Below are positions 38,878 through 48,464 of a stretch of DNA of 64,000 nucleotides, piece after piece. The DNA lies in NCBI GenBank assembly GCA_965247115.1, contig CBDFGR010000003.1:2464001-2528000 (forward strand), read 5' to 3'. This DNA is from Myxococcota bacterium. GTDB taxonomy: Bacteria > Myxococcota_A > UBA9160 > SZUA-336. How positions within the stretch are numbered: position 1 is the stretch's first letter; each line of letters starts with the position of its first letter. The translations under genes and the position numbers were made by a program. The notes beneath the pieces are model-generated. The model made no database searches, had not been told where the DNA came from, and saw only the letters and a program-made list of their open reading frames with translations.

Positions 38878-38996
38878 CTCTCCTTGAGGGCGCGCTCGAC
38901 ACCCGCGAGCCGGCGCTCGCTGCCTCGCGACGGCGGGCGTAGGTGGACAGCTCAGGGCCTCGACCGCGACAACTGGGGGGGTGTCTCGAGGGTAAC

Positions 38997-39998
38997 TCAG
39001 GTCGCGCGCGCTCGGGCCACCATGAAGGTGATGGGCTCGTTCATTCCAATGGGCTCGAGAGCGATTTCGGGATGTGCGTGCGCGAACACGCGGAACACCT
39101 CGTCGCAAAAGCCCTGTCCCACCACTTCGACGCCGCCGAAGTCGAGGATCACATGGGTGAACTTCGCGAGACCCTCGACCAGGCGTCTCGCCTCCGAGCG
39201 AGATACGAGCGCTGTTCCGAAGGTGCTCAGTCGGATGGTGGCGCGAGTCCGCGTGAAGGCCAGAGTCTGCGGATCGGTGTACCTGCGAAAGACGTCCTCG
39301 AGCTGGGGGGTGCGTCCACGCACGACCTCGAGGACGACTTGAGTTCCGCGCAGCGCTGCGCCCGAGCCTACGGCGCTGTCCGCGGCGAGGTTGTCGACGA
39401 TCCAGGCTACACCCTGGCTCTCGAGCCGGAAGCGAGCCACCGCCTTCGACGAGAAGAACAACCCCTCGCCGCTGTGCTGCGCGGGTTCGCTCGTGAGCTT
39501 GCCCTTCTCGAGCTGCACGATGGCGTCGTGCGGGGTCTCGAAGCCGAAGTCCTCGCACAGGCGGTGGAACACGCCGACGCCGTCGTCTCGCACGGTCGCG
39601 ACCGTAGCGCCCGCCGCGCGGAACTCGATCTGCACCTCGACCCGCGTGCCCCGCGAGTGCTCCACGGCGTTGTTGATGACCTCGGTGGCCGCGTACAGAA
39701 GGCTCCGAGCCTCCGCTGGCGCGAGCGGGCGGATGCGTGCGATGCGCTCGGCCACCTCGCCCCAGGCGCGGTCCTCCTCCAGCCCGCGCAGGCGGAAGCG
39801 CCGGCGCACCGGCCGCAGCGAGTAGCGCGCGGCGGGGCCCCTACCGTGGCGTTGCAGCACCTCCCCCACGACAAGGGCGTGCAGTAGGCGATGGGCAGTG
39901 GCAGCCGACACGCGGAGTGCCTTGACCACGTCGCGGTTGGCCACCTCGCCGCGGCGGTCGACCAGGTCGCACAGCCGCTCCGGACGACTCTTTGGCAT
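38997..39998 (-). CDS. HTH plus HATPase-like plus STAS-like (DUF4325) protein
   Basis: N-terminal wHTH, EVINNAVEHS, DDGVGV, HSGEGLFF, LDFGGVEVVGQGFCDEVF. Confidence 0.85.
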   Translation of the reverse strand: MPKSRPERLCDLVDRRGEVANRDVVKALRVSAATAHRLLHALVVGEVLQRHGRGPAARYSLRPVRRRFRLRGLEEDRAWGEVAERIARIRPLAPAEARSLLYAATEVINNAVEHSRGTRVEVQIEFRAAGATVATVRDDGVGVFHRLCEDFGFETPHDAIVQLEKGKLTSEPAQHSGEGLFFSSKAVARFRLESQGVAWIVDNLAADSAVGSGAALRGTQVVLEVVRGRTPQLEDVFRRYTDPQTLAFTRTRATIRLSTFGTALVSRSEARRLVEGLAKFTHVILDFGGVEVVGQGFCDEVFRVFAHAHPEIALEPIGMNEPITFMVARARAT

Positions 39999-40193
39999 GA
40001 GGTATCCTACTCTATTCACCTCAGTTTATCGAGGCGATGTAATCTTGATCACCTCACAACTAGAAGAGTCCCGCCGAGAACGAAATGCGTAAGAGACCTG
40101 CACCGAACTTCACCGACGAGGACTCCTCTTTTCTGGCGTCGCGGAGTAGGATACCCGGACCCAGAGATCCGATCTCAGCATCGCGGAGGAAGC

Positions 40194-41846
40194 ATGGCCA
40201 GCATCGATGGAGCGACCCTCATCGCTCGCAGTCTCAAGCAGCAGGGCGTGGACTACATGTTCGGCGTCGTCGGGTTTCCGGTGATTCCTGTCGGCATCGC
40301 CGCGCAAAAGGAAGGCATCAAGTTCTACGGGATGCGCAACGAGCAGGCGGCAAGCTACGCCGCCGGTGCGGTGGGCTACCTGACGGGTAGGCCCGGCGCG
40401 TGTCTCGCGGTCTCGGGTCCCGGCATGGTGCACGCGATCGCCGGCCTGGCGAACGCCTGGTCGAACTGCTGGCCGATGATCCTGCTTGGCGGAGCGAACG
40501 ACTCCTACCAGAACGGGCAAGGGGCCTTCCAGGAAGCCCCGCAGGTCGAGTCCGCACGTCCCTGGGTCAAGTACGCGGCACGACCGGATCGTACGAACCG
40601 GCTGCCGTACTACATCGAGCAGGCCGTGCGCTCGAGCATCTACGGCCGCCCCGGTGCGACCTACCTCGACCTTGCCAACGACATCATCGTGGGCGAGGTG
40701 GAAGAGGACGAGCTCCGGGTGCCACCGCGTGTTCCGGACCCGCCGCGCACGCAGGCCCCTGCTGAGGCGATCGACGCCGCCCTGGCCGCCTTGCGCTCCG
40801 CCGAGCGCCCGCTCGTGATCGTGGGCAAGGGCGCAGCGTACTCGCGTGCAGAAGATGAGGTGCGCGAGTTCATCGATGCGACACGGCTCCCCTTCCTGGC
40901 CTCTCCGATGGGCAAGGGCGTCGTCCCCGACGACCACCGCCTGTCCGTGGCGACCGCGCGCTCCCACGCGCTCGGGAACGCGGACCTGATCTTCCTGGTC
41001 GGCGCGCGGCTCAACTGGATCATGCACTTCGGTCTACCGCCGCGCTTCCAGGAGAACGTGCGCGTAGTCCAGCTCGACATTGCAGCGGAAGAGATCGGCA
41101 CGAACGTGCCGACCGAGGTGGCGCTGGTCGGAGACGCGAAGGCCATCGTCGGGCAGCTGAACGCGAAGCTGAAAGATCAACCCTGGGAGTATCCGACAGA
41201 GACGCAGTGGCGCGCGGACCTGGCAGCCAGCGGCTCGGAGAACGCGGCCGCGGTCGAGGCCATGCTCGACGACGACTCCACACCGATGGGCTACTACCGG
41301 GTGCTGCGCGAGATCCGCGATCTCCTGCCGCGTGACGCGATCATCTCGAGCGAGGGCGCCAGCACGATGGACATCGGCCGCACCATCCTGCCGAACTTCC
41401 AGGCGCGTTCCCGGCTCGACGCCGCCACGTTCGGGACGATGGGCGTGGGCCTCGGTCAGGCGATCGCCGCCGCAGCGGTGCACCCCGACCGGAAGGTGGT
41501 TGCCGTCGAGGGCGACTCCGCCTTCGGCTTCAGCGGCATGGAGGTCGAGGTCGCCTGCCGCTACCAGCTCCCGATCACCTTCATCATCATCAACAACAAC
41601 GGCATCGGTGGCGGTCCGAACGAGCTCGATCCGGAGAACATCCCGGTCTCGGCGTACACGCCGAACGCGCACTACGAGCGCGTGATCGAGGCCTTCGGCG
41701 GCAAGGGCTACTTCGTGACCAAGCCCGACGAGCTCGGTCCCGCCCTGAAGGACGCGCTGGCCGACCCGTTCCCGAACATCGTCAACATCATGATCAACCC
41801 GCGCGCGCAGAGGAAGCCGCAGAAGTTTGGATGGCTGACGAGATAG
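40194..41846 (+). CDS. ThDP-dependent 2-hydroxyacyl-CoA lyase / oxalyl-CoA decarboxylase family enzyme
   Basis: MRNEQAA, GAFQE, EGASTMDIGR, GTMGVG, GDSAFGFSGME..NNNG, C-terminal RKPQKFGW; RBS GGAGG. Confidence 0.92.
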   Translation: MASIDGATLIARSLKQQGVDYMFGVVGFPVIPVGIAAQKEGIKFYGMRNEQAASYAAGAVGYLTGRPGACLAVSGPGMVHAIAGLANAWSNCWPMILLGGANDSYQNGQGAFQEAPQVESARPWVKYAARPDRTNRLPYYIEQAVRSSIYGRPGATYLDLANDIIVGEVEEDELRVPPRVPDPPRTQAPAEAIDAALAALRSAERPLVIVGKGAAYSRAEDEVREFIDATRLPFLASPMGKGVVPDDHRLSVATARSHALGNADLIFLVGARLNWIMHFGLPPRFQENVRVVQLDIAAEEIGTNVPTEVALVGDAKAIVGQLNAKLKDQPWEYPTETQWRADLAASGSENAAAVEAMLDDDSTPMGYYRVLREIRDLLPRDAIISSEGASTMDIGRTILPNFQARSRLDAATFGTMGVGLGQAIAAAAVHPDRKVVAVEGDSAFGFSGMEVEVACRYQLPITFIIINNNGIGGGPNELDPENIPVSAYTPNAHYERVIEAFGGKGYFVTKPDELGPALKDALADPFPNIVNIMINPRAQRKPQKFGWLTR

Positions 41847-42325
41847 CCGCTCCCCTCGACCGCTACCGGGCCGTGGTCAAACCGGAGTGGATCGATGAGA
41901 ACGGCCACATGAACATGGGCTACTACCTCGTCGTGTTCGACAAGGCGACCGACGAGTGGCTCGACTACATCGGGCTCTCGCTCGCCTTCAAGGCAGCAAA
42001 CGACGTCACCACGTTCAGCGTGGAGTCCCACGTCACCTTCCAGCGCGAACTCCGCCTCGGCGACCCGCTGCGCTTCACGACCCAGCTCTTCGGCTTCGAC
42101 GCCAAGCGCTTCCACTACGCGCACGAGATGTACCACGCGGAAGAGGGCTTCCTGGCGTCGACGAACGAGCTGATGTCGTTCCACGTCAGCACCAAGACCC
42201 GCCGCAGCATGCCCATGGCCCCCGAGGTCCAGGCGCGCCTCGCCGAGATCCAGGCCGCCCACGAGAAGCTCCCGATCCCGAGCTACGTCGGCCGCGTCAT
42301 CGGACTGAAGGCCAAGAAGGTCTGA
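41831..42325 (+). CDS. Hotdog-fold acyl-CoA thioesterase (4HBT-like)
   Basis: EWIDENGHMNMGYY motif; overlaps the end of the HACL gene. Confidence 0.88.
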   Translation: MADEIAAPLDRYRAVVKPEWIDENGHMNMGYYLVVFDKATDEWLDYIGLSLAFKAANDVTTFSVESHVTFQRELRLGDPLRFTTQLFGFDAKRFHYAHEMYHAEEGFLASTNELMSFHVSTKTRRSMPMAPEVQARLAEIQAAHEKLPIPSYVGRVIGLKAKKV

Positions 42326-42440
42326 GCGAGCAAGTCGCGGGCCGCCCTTCCCGTCGATAGTGGGCGAAGTTCTTTGTGTTAGAAAGGGCTTGCGTTCTGC
42401 TGCCGACGAGTCTCACGGGCCCGGAGGACCTGTTTCGAAC

Positions 42441-44385
42441 ATGGACATTCGCAGGCGAGGCCGACTCGCGGTCTGGGGCGCAATGCTGCTATTGGCCGCC
42501 CTGCCGGCAGCTGGGCAGGATTCCCGCGAGGAGTCCGACGCGGTCCCAGGCGGTCCATCGCCGGGTGTCGCGGGTCCCAGTCTCGTGGGCGAGAGCATCG
42601 CGACGGTCTCGATCGTCACCCGCGACCAGATCCAGGCGCTGGGCACCGACAGCGTGACCGAGGTGCTGCGCATGCTGCCCGGGCTGCACGTTGATGAGGG
42701 TGGTGGGCGAGGCGGCGTCAGCTCGCTTTATATGCGCGGGGCCGAGGCCAACTACACGGTCGTCCTGATCGACGGGGTAATGGTGAACGATCCCACGAAC
42801 TCGCGCGGTGGCTCGTTCGACCTCTCGCTGCTCGGTACTGAGAACATCGAGCGAATCGAGGTGGCCCACGGGCCTCTTCCGGCGGCGTGGGGATCGGCCG
42901 CGATTGCCGGAGCCGTGAACATCGTCACGCGCAAGGGAGCTCCCGACCGGCAGACCAGCCTCGCGGTCGCAGGCAGCGAGAACGGGTATTACCGCGTGCT
43001 CGCCGAAGCGAACGACCGAATCGGCCGGTTCGACTACTCCCTGACGTTCTCCAGAATCGACGCGGGCGTCCCCATCCCGGGAAGCGAGTTCGAGAGCGAC
43101 ACGATGATCGCGAACCTCGGCTACGCGGTCTCGGATCGGATTCGCGCCCGGGCAAATTTCCGTATCAGCGACACCGAGCGCGAGACCTATGCAGAAGCGA
43201 GCGGTGGGCCAGAATTCTCGCCCACGCGCGCGGTTGAGGAGCGCGACACGACCTGGTCGCTGGCGGGCCTGCAGCTTCTCCTCGATCCCACGGACTGGTA
43301 CAGCTCGCGGATCGAATACGGCTTTTTCCATGACTGAGGATCTGATCGAGCCGGCGCGCTTCGATCCGCTGGGCATCAACGCTCCATTCCCGGCCGCCGA
43401 GACCGACAGCGATTTCACCCGGAACGACATCACCTGGCGGAACAGTTTCCGGGTGAGCGACTGGGCTCGCGTGGTCGCCGGCGCCGAGACGCTCTTCGAA
43501 CGCGGAAAGAGCGATGGGTTCATCGACTTCTTCGGCTTGCAGCTCCCGACGAGCTTCTCCCTAGATCGGTACAGCGTGGCGCCGTTCGTCGAGGTGGACA
43601 TCGGACCCATCGCGAACCTGCGCCTTCAAGCCGGTCTCCGGTACGACATGCCCGAGGACGAGGACAACGAGCTGAGTCCGCGGATCGGCGTAAGGTACGG
43701 GCTGAAGTCGATCGACACCGTCCTGCGTGCGAACTGGGGCCGAGGCTTCAAGCTGCAGAGCTTCTTCGCACTGGGCAACCCGCTGGTGGGCGATCCGGCG
43801 CGTGAGCGCTCGGGCCTTCTGGGGCTAGAGCCTGAGACCAGCCAGATCTTCGAGTTGGGAGCCATCACACATCTGTGGGAGGGAAAGGCGCGGGTCGACG
43901 CGACCTTCTTCTACAGCGAGTTCTACGATCTGATCGACTTTGATCCCACGACGAACTTGCTCGTGAATCGGAACACGGTGGTGTCCCAGGGCGGCGAGTT
44001 CGCGGTAGCCGTCCAGCCCCTCGCAACGTTCGGTGTGAGCGGCTTCGTGACCTACGTCGACCACCGTATCGAGAACTCCCACGACGAGCTGCGGAACCGG
44101 CCGCAGTGGCGCGGCGGGTTGAGGATGCGCTGGAAAACGAGCCAGGGGGTGGAGGCCAGCCTGAACGCGGTCTGGGTTGGAACCGTCCACGACTTTGCGA
44201 TCCCGGTGGGCGAGAAGAAGCTCGACCCGTACCTGCGAGTGGATGCCGCGCTGGGCTGGGACGTCAACAGCTACGTCCGCGTCTTCTTCGGTGTAGAGAA
44301 TCTTCTCGACGAGGACTACGAAGAGTTTGTCGGCTTCCCCGCTCAGGGGATCACGGCTCGGATCGGGATGCGGCTGAGTCTGTAG
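42441..44385 (+). pseudogene. TonB-dependent receptor (BtuB-like) with a +1 frameshift in a T5 run at 43323-43327
   Basis: Plug motifs (LPGL, VLIDGV, IERIEV, GAVNIVT) in the first ORF; barrel end ENLLDEDY..GMRLSL in the second; deleting one T joins them (EYGFSMTEDL). Confidence 0.85.
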
Positions 44386-44524
44386 GTGCTTGGGGATCTT
44401 CTGCGGAGCTTTGCGGCCTCGAAGTGATCGTCTGGGGTCCGCTATGGGGAGGGAAGCGCGACGAAGCACTCGACGATGGGGGCCTCGCTATGAGCTCCCG
44501 CCGCTGCCCGTGAAGACCGCCTAG

Positions 44525-45799
44525 CAGGCTGCGGAGAAAGTGACTGGTTGAGGGGTGGTCCTTCCGACGAGGGGGTTCACCGGCCGAGGGGCGGGGCGCG
44601 ATTCCCGGTTCGAACCGGTCTTGGGCTCCGCTGATCGCGGGGCGGTTTCGCACATGACCTACGTGGCCTCCAGCAGCTTGCGGATCCGGATCAGGTTGTA
44701 GGCTGCGGCCGTGAAGGTGAAGACCCAGCCGACCCGATCCGTGCCGCGGTGTCGGGTCTTGCGCATCAGCCCCACGGTCTTCATCCAGCCGAAGACCTCT
44801 TCCACCCGTTTGCGAAAACGCTGACTCAGTTCGTAGCCCCGGTGGCGCGTCGTCCGCCCGTCGATCGCGCTGCGTCGATTCGTCGTGTTCTGCGCCACGT
44901 GTGGGGTCACGCCCAACTCTCGAAGCTCTTCCACGAACCCCTTCGTGTCGAAGCCCTTGTCTCCGCCCAATGTCCTCCGACGCCCGCCTCCCAGACCTTC
45001 CACCATCTCGAGCGCCGCTTCGCGCTCCGCATATCCCGACGCCTGCGTGAGCTTCGCCGCGACCACCAAGCCGTTCCGGTTCTCCGTCACCACGTGTCCC
45101 TGGTACGCGAGTCGGGCGCCTTGGCCTCTCATACCGGCGAGTCGTGCGTCGGGATCCGTCGTCGACGCATGCGTCTGGTTGCTCCGCTTCTCGCCTCGGA
45201 AGTTCACCGTCGGGTTGCCCGGGTCATCGTCGTCTCTCCGTTCCTCGTCCTTCCGTACGAAGCTCTTCTGGCTCGCCCACGCCTCGATCAGCGTCCCGTC
45301 TACCGTGAAGTGCTCCAACGACACCCATCCCTCGGTCTCGGCCTGCTCCAGCACTGCGTCGAAGAAGTGCTCGGCAATCTCGCCCTTGAGCAGCCGGTCT
45401 CGGTTCTTCGTGAACACCGTGGCGCTGAACACCACCTCGTCAAGCTCCAGACCCACGAACCAGCGATACAGCAGGTTGTACTCCAGCTGCTCCACCAGCT
45501 GCCGCTCGCTCCGGATGGTGTAGAGCACCTGCAGCAGCAGGGCGCGCAGCAGCTGCTCCGGGGGCACGGACGGGCGCCCTACGCCTCTGGCGTAGATCGC
45601 GTCGAAGCGCGGCGATAGCCGCTGCAGCGCCGTGTCGACCATGCGCCGCATCGCTCGAAGCGGATGATCATCCGGAATCCGCGACTCCAGCGACACGTAG
45701 CTGAACATCCCGCCCTGAAGCGTCCCCTGTCCTCTCACGCCTCCCCCTTTGGGGCTCGCTCCCAAGGTACCCTTCGATGAGGAGTTTTTCAGCAGCCTG
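44525..45799 (-). mobile_element. IS5-family insertion sequence, copy 2 (1275 bp, apparently identical to copy 1)
   Basis: Same IRs and identical internal translations; the flanks CTAG and TTAG do not match each other. Confidence 0.95.
44659..45738 (-). CDS. IS5-family DDE transposase
   Basis: Same translation as 15466-16545. Confidence 0.95.
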   Translation of the reverse strand: MRGQGTLQGGMFSYVSLESRIPDDHPLRAMRRMVDTALQRLSPRFDAIYARGVGRPSVPPEQLLRALLLQVLYTIRSERQLVEQLEYNLLYRWFVGLELDEVVFSATVFTKNRDRLLKGEIAEHFFDAVLEQAETEGWVSLEHFTVDGTLIEAWASQKSFVRKDEERRDDDDPGNPTVNFRGEKRSNQTHASTTDPDARLAGMRGQGARLAYQGHVVTENRNGLVVAAKLTQASGYAEREAALEMVEGLGGGRRRTLGGDKGFDTKGFVEELRELGVTPHVAQNTTNRRSAIDGRTTRHRGYELSQRFRKRVEEVFGWMKTVGLMRKTRHRGTDRVGWVFTFTAAAYNLIRIRKLLEAT

Positions 45800-45938
45800 T
45801 TAGGAGGCGCAGGATCTCCAATCGCGTGGGGTCGGCCAGGGCGCGAAAGACCCCTACGAGCCCGCCCTGCTGCCGGCGCGGCAGCGGCGGAATGGATTCG
45901 AGCGGGCAGCAACCGTCCGGTCTGGTCCTCATGCTCAT
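45800..45938 (-). pseudogene. arsR: 5' fragment (46 codons) of an ArsR/SmtB repressor truncated by IS5
   Basis: Manual translation MSMRTRPDGCCPLESIPPLPRRQQGGLVGVFRALADPTRLEILRLL, then the IS5 IR; absent from the ORF track. Confidence 0.85.
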
Positions 45939-46032
45939 GTCTCTTTATATTGACACATGTCGAAACTAGGTACTTGTTGCAAATAGGGATTGTAAAAGCT
46001 ACAGAGAGATTTCTCTCACCCTGAGAATCGAC

Positions 46033-46206
46033 CTATTGCTCGCTGTCCGTCTTGCGGCGCTTCGCTTTCTGGCGGGGACGCCGTAGGCGCGGCTTCAAGA
46101 GACTCTGAAGGGCTTGAGCGGGATCACGCTCGATCCTCAGCGACTCGGGTGGAGGCCCCTGTGATTTACCGCTTTTCTTTCTTCTTCGTGAGTCTGCCGG
46201 TGTCAA
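46033..46206 (-). CDS. Small basic IS1595-associated hypothetical protein (start uncertain)
   Basis: GPPPESLRIERDPAQALQSLLKPR; same position relative to the element end as 34393-34581. Confidence 0.4.
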   Translation of the reverse strand: MTPADSRRRKKSGKSQGPPPESLRIERDPAQALQSLLKPRLRRPRQKAKRRKTDSEQ

Positions 46207-46633
46207 AATCCATCTCTCCCTGCGGCGGTTGGGGCGGCTTGTCGATCTTGAGCTTGTGGCCAGCAACATTTCCACTTAGCCCGAGGAGACCCAGTGTTTT
46301 GTTGTCGTCGCCTCCATCGAAGGTGTGAAACTCGTCGGCCTCATGGATGATCGCTGTTGCTAGGTGCAGAGCGTCCGGAGTTGCGACACCGACGACCTTG
46401 AGGGTTCGCCTTCTAAGCGCTTTATCAAACACGCTAAGTGCGGGTTCTGGAATCTGAGCTGGAGTTACCTCTGTCAGCATGATCGTTGATGTGATGATGC
46501 GAACTTCACCCTTGTTCCAGCGAGCTACAACGCCTCGAACGCCTTCCATTTCTCCCGGCTTGCGCGCTTCATCTTTGAGCCAAGCCATGAAGATGCAAGA
46601 GTCCCAATAGTACAGATCAACGGTTCCAGCCAT
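46166..46633 (-). CDS. PIN-domain (VapC-like) protein, possibly with an internal deletion
   Basis: YYWDSCIF, STIMLTEV, PDALHLATA, HTFD acidic tetrad. Confidence 0.85.
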   Translation of the reverse strand: MAGTVDLYYWDSCIFMAWLKDEARKPGEMEGVRGVVARWNKGEVRIITSTIMLTEVTPAQIPEPALSVFDKALRRRTLKVVGVATPDALHLATAIIHEADEFHTFDGGDDNKTLGLLGLSGNVAGHKLKIDKPPQPPQGEMDFDTGRLTKKKEKR

Positions 46634-47441
46634 CGCGCTGCCTTCTGATGAAATCCTCAGAAGAGAGATCACCAGTTGCGTCCGGCGCGATCCCCCTCAG
46701 GTCAGAAAGACCCGGAAGCTCATCGTCGGGCTCAAGAATCTCAATTTCCTCCACTTCTATCTCATGAGGGAAATCGGAACGAGGTAGATACTTTAAGACC
46801 CCGGTGATGCGAACGGAGGAGTCGATTCCGCTGATTGCTTGTCGCTTCAAGCTCTGTGGAAACCTGCATTCGACGGTCTTTGGCTCAAACTCCGAATAGA
46901 TCCGGAAACGGTTCGCTCCGGAGTGGACGTTGATCTGTTCGAGTCGGCCTTCGACGATTCCATAGGATCTATCTACATTCGCGAGGGCCTTATCGACGTT
47001 TGCCGTAAACCGATCAGTCAGATCAACGGACTGCCCGCCAACGGCAATCGACGCAGCACCAACTTGTTTGCCGACGGACCGGGAGAGTTCGCGGATTCTC
47101 CGTAGCATGGGTGCCGACAGCTCTTCCGGCACCTCTCCTTCGTCAATTCGATCAATCACGGAAAAGAATCCATCGACGGTCCGACTTCGCAAGTCAGGCC
47201 GATCTCTCTCTTGTGCTGCCTCGATCACAACGGTCGCAGGACTGGCATGAGACAACTCGATGATCCGAAAGTAACTTGCTCGAACGCCTCCGCTCACAAG
47301 AGCTTCGTAATCGAACAATGTACTCCGGAGCGACTGTAACTCTTGCACAAACGAGGTCAGTCGAAGGTGGCCGCCTTCGCTCTCAAGGCCCGACATGGTA
47401 AGGGTCACTGTCGGTCCGGTGGTCGCGATGTGGCTTCTCAT
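46617..47441 (-). CDS. Hypothetical passenger protein, coupled to the PIN gene
   Basis: 274-aa ORF whose stop overlaps the PIN start; C-terminal DLRGIAPDATGDLSSEDFIRRQRDGW. Confidence 0.7.
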   Translation of the reverse strand: MRSHIATTGPTVTLTMSGLESEGGHLRLTSFVQELQSLRSTLFDYEALVSGGVRASYFRIIELSHASPATVVIEAAQERDRPDLRSRTVDGFFSVIDRIDEGEVPEELSAPMLRRIRELSRSVGKQVGAASIAVGGQSVDLTDRFTANVDKALANVDRSYGIVEGRLEQINVHSGANRFRIYSEFEPKTVECRFPQSLKRQAISGIDSSVRITGVLKYLPRSDFPHEIEVEEIEILEPDDELPGLSDLRGIAPDATGDLSSEDFIRRQRDGWNR

Positions 47442-47481
47442 TGCGATTCCCCGAGAGTGGGCACCTTCCCCTGGGGAGAGT

Positions 47482-48429
47482 CTACGCCAATGGTGAGTCC
47501 CGGTACAAGAGTCGCTTACCCTCAGCGCCCCGCAGGGCCGTAAAGGTCCGCTGTCCGTCGGTAACTGCACGAGTGTTGTACTTGAAGGTAAATTCGGCGA
47601 CGTAGCGGTGGAGGTGATGCTTGCTGACGGAGTGGAACGTACCGTAGATCCCGCGCTTGAGAATCGCGAAGAATCCCTCCACGGTGTTGGTCGTAATATC
47701 TCCGCGGACATACTCGCGCTGGCGGTGATTCACCGTCTCGTGACCGCCCTCAAAGTCTTTGCCGAGACCGTGGTAGTAGCGGGCCTCATCCGAGATCACA
47801 CGAGAGTCACGACGCACGCCCGCGCGAATCTCGTCCTTGAGGTTACCGCCATGGATGCGCGCAATGTGCTTTGCTCGGACGCGGCCTCCGCGCTCGACCA
47901 TCGCGAACACGATTTCCTTGTTGTCGTAGCGCTTGTGTGCAGCCTCGCGTTTGCTCGTCTTGTAGCGCGGCTTGCCGCCGATGTAAGTCTCATCGACCTC
48001 TACTGTTCCGCCCAGGAGCGGCCCGTCGTCTTCTTCCATCGCCAGCCTGATCCGGTGCATCAGATATAGGGCCGACTTGTGCGTGACGCCGCACTCCCGG
48101 CTGATCTGGAGGGCCGAAACGCCCTTTTTGGAGGCACACGCGCGCCAGAAGGCGTGAATCCAGATATGGAGGGGGAGGCGGGATTCTTCCAGCACCGTCC
48201 CAGTGCGAACGCTGAACATCCGGGCACAGTCCCGGCAGCGCCAGCGGAAGTGCTTGTGGCGCTGGCCATTGCGGCTCTTCATCGCGTACACGTCCACCGA
48301 GTTGCAACGCGGGCAGCAAGGCTGGTCGCCCCAGCGCTGGGATTCGAGCAACTCATAGGCCGCGGGCTCGCTGGAAGCGGCTCGGCGAAGTGCCTTGAGG
48401 ATCGGGGACTTGGGGAGCTTCTTTGCCAT
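47482..48429 (-). CDS. IS1595-family transposase
   Basis: CPRC..CRDC, EVDETYIGG, ISDE, TTNTVEGFFAILKR. Confidence 0.95.
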   Translation of the reverse strand: MAKKLPKSPILKALRRAASSEPAAYELLESQRWGDQPCCPRCNSVDVYAMKSRNGQRHKHFRWRCRDCARMFSVRTGTVLEESRLPLHIWIHAFWRACASKKGVSALQISRECGVTHKSALYLMHRIRLAMEEDDGPLLGGTVEVDETYIGGKPRYKTSKREAAHKRYDNKEIVFAMVERGGRVRAKHIARIHGGNLKDEIRAGVRRDSRVISDEARYYHGLGKDFEGGHETVNHRQREYVRGDITTNTVEGFFAILKRGIYGTFHSVSKHHLHRYVAEFTFKYNTRAVTDGQRTFTALRGAEGKRLLYRDSPLA

Positions 48430-48435
48430 GCCCTG

Positions 48436-48464
48436 AGTCTAGGGCATTCTCGATCCATTTGCAA
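48436..48464 (-). promoter_or_regulatory. Sigma70 promoter of the second IS1595 transposase (probably leaderless)
   Basis: TTGCAA-N17-TAGACT, ending 6 nt before ATG 48429. Confidence 0.6.

Noticed and set aside
42330..42440. Cobalamin riboswitch upstream of the BtuB-like receptor
   Set aside because: The intergenic region is only about 115 bp and no B12-box was recognised
15332..45799. Composite transposon bounded by the two IS5 copies
   Set aside because: The outer flanks (CTAA, TTAG) differ and copy 1 has its own TSD, so the insertions were independent
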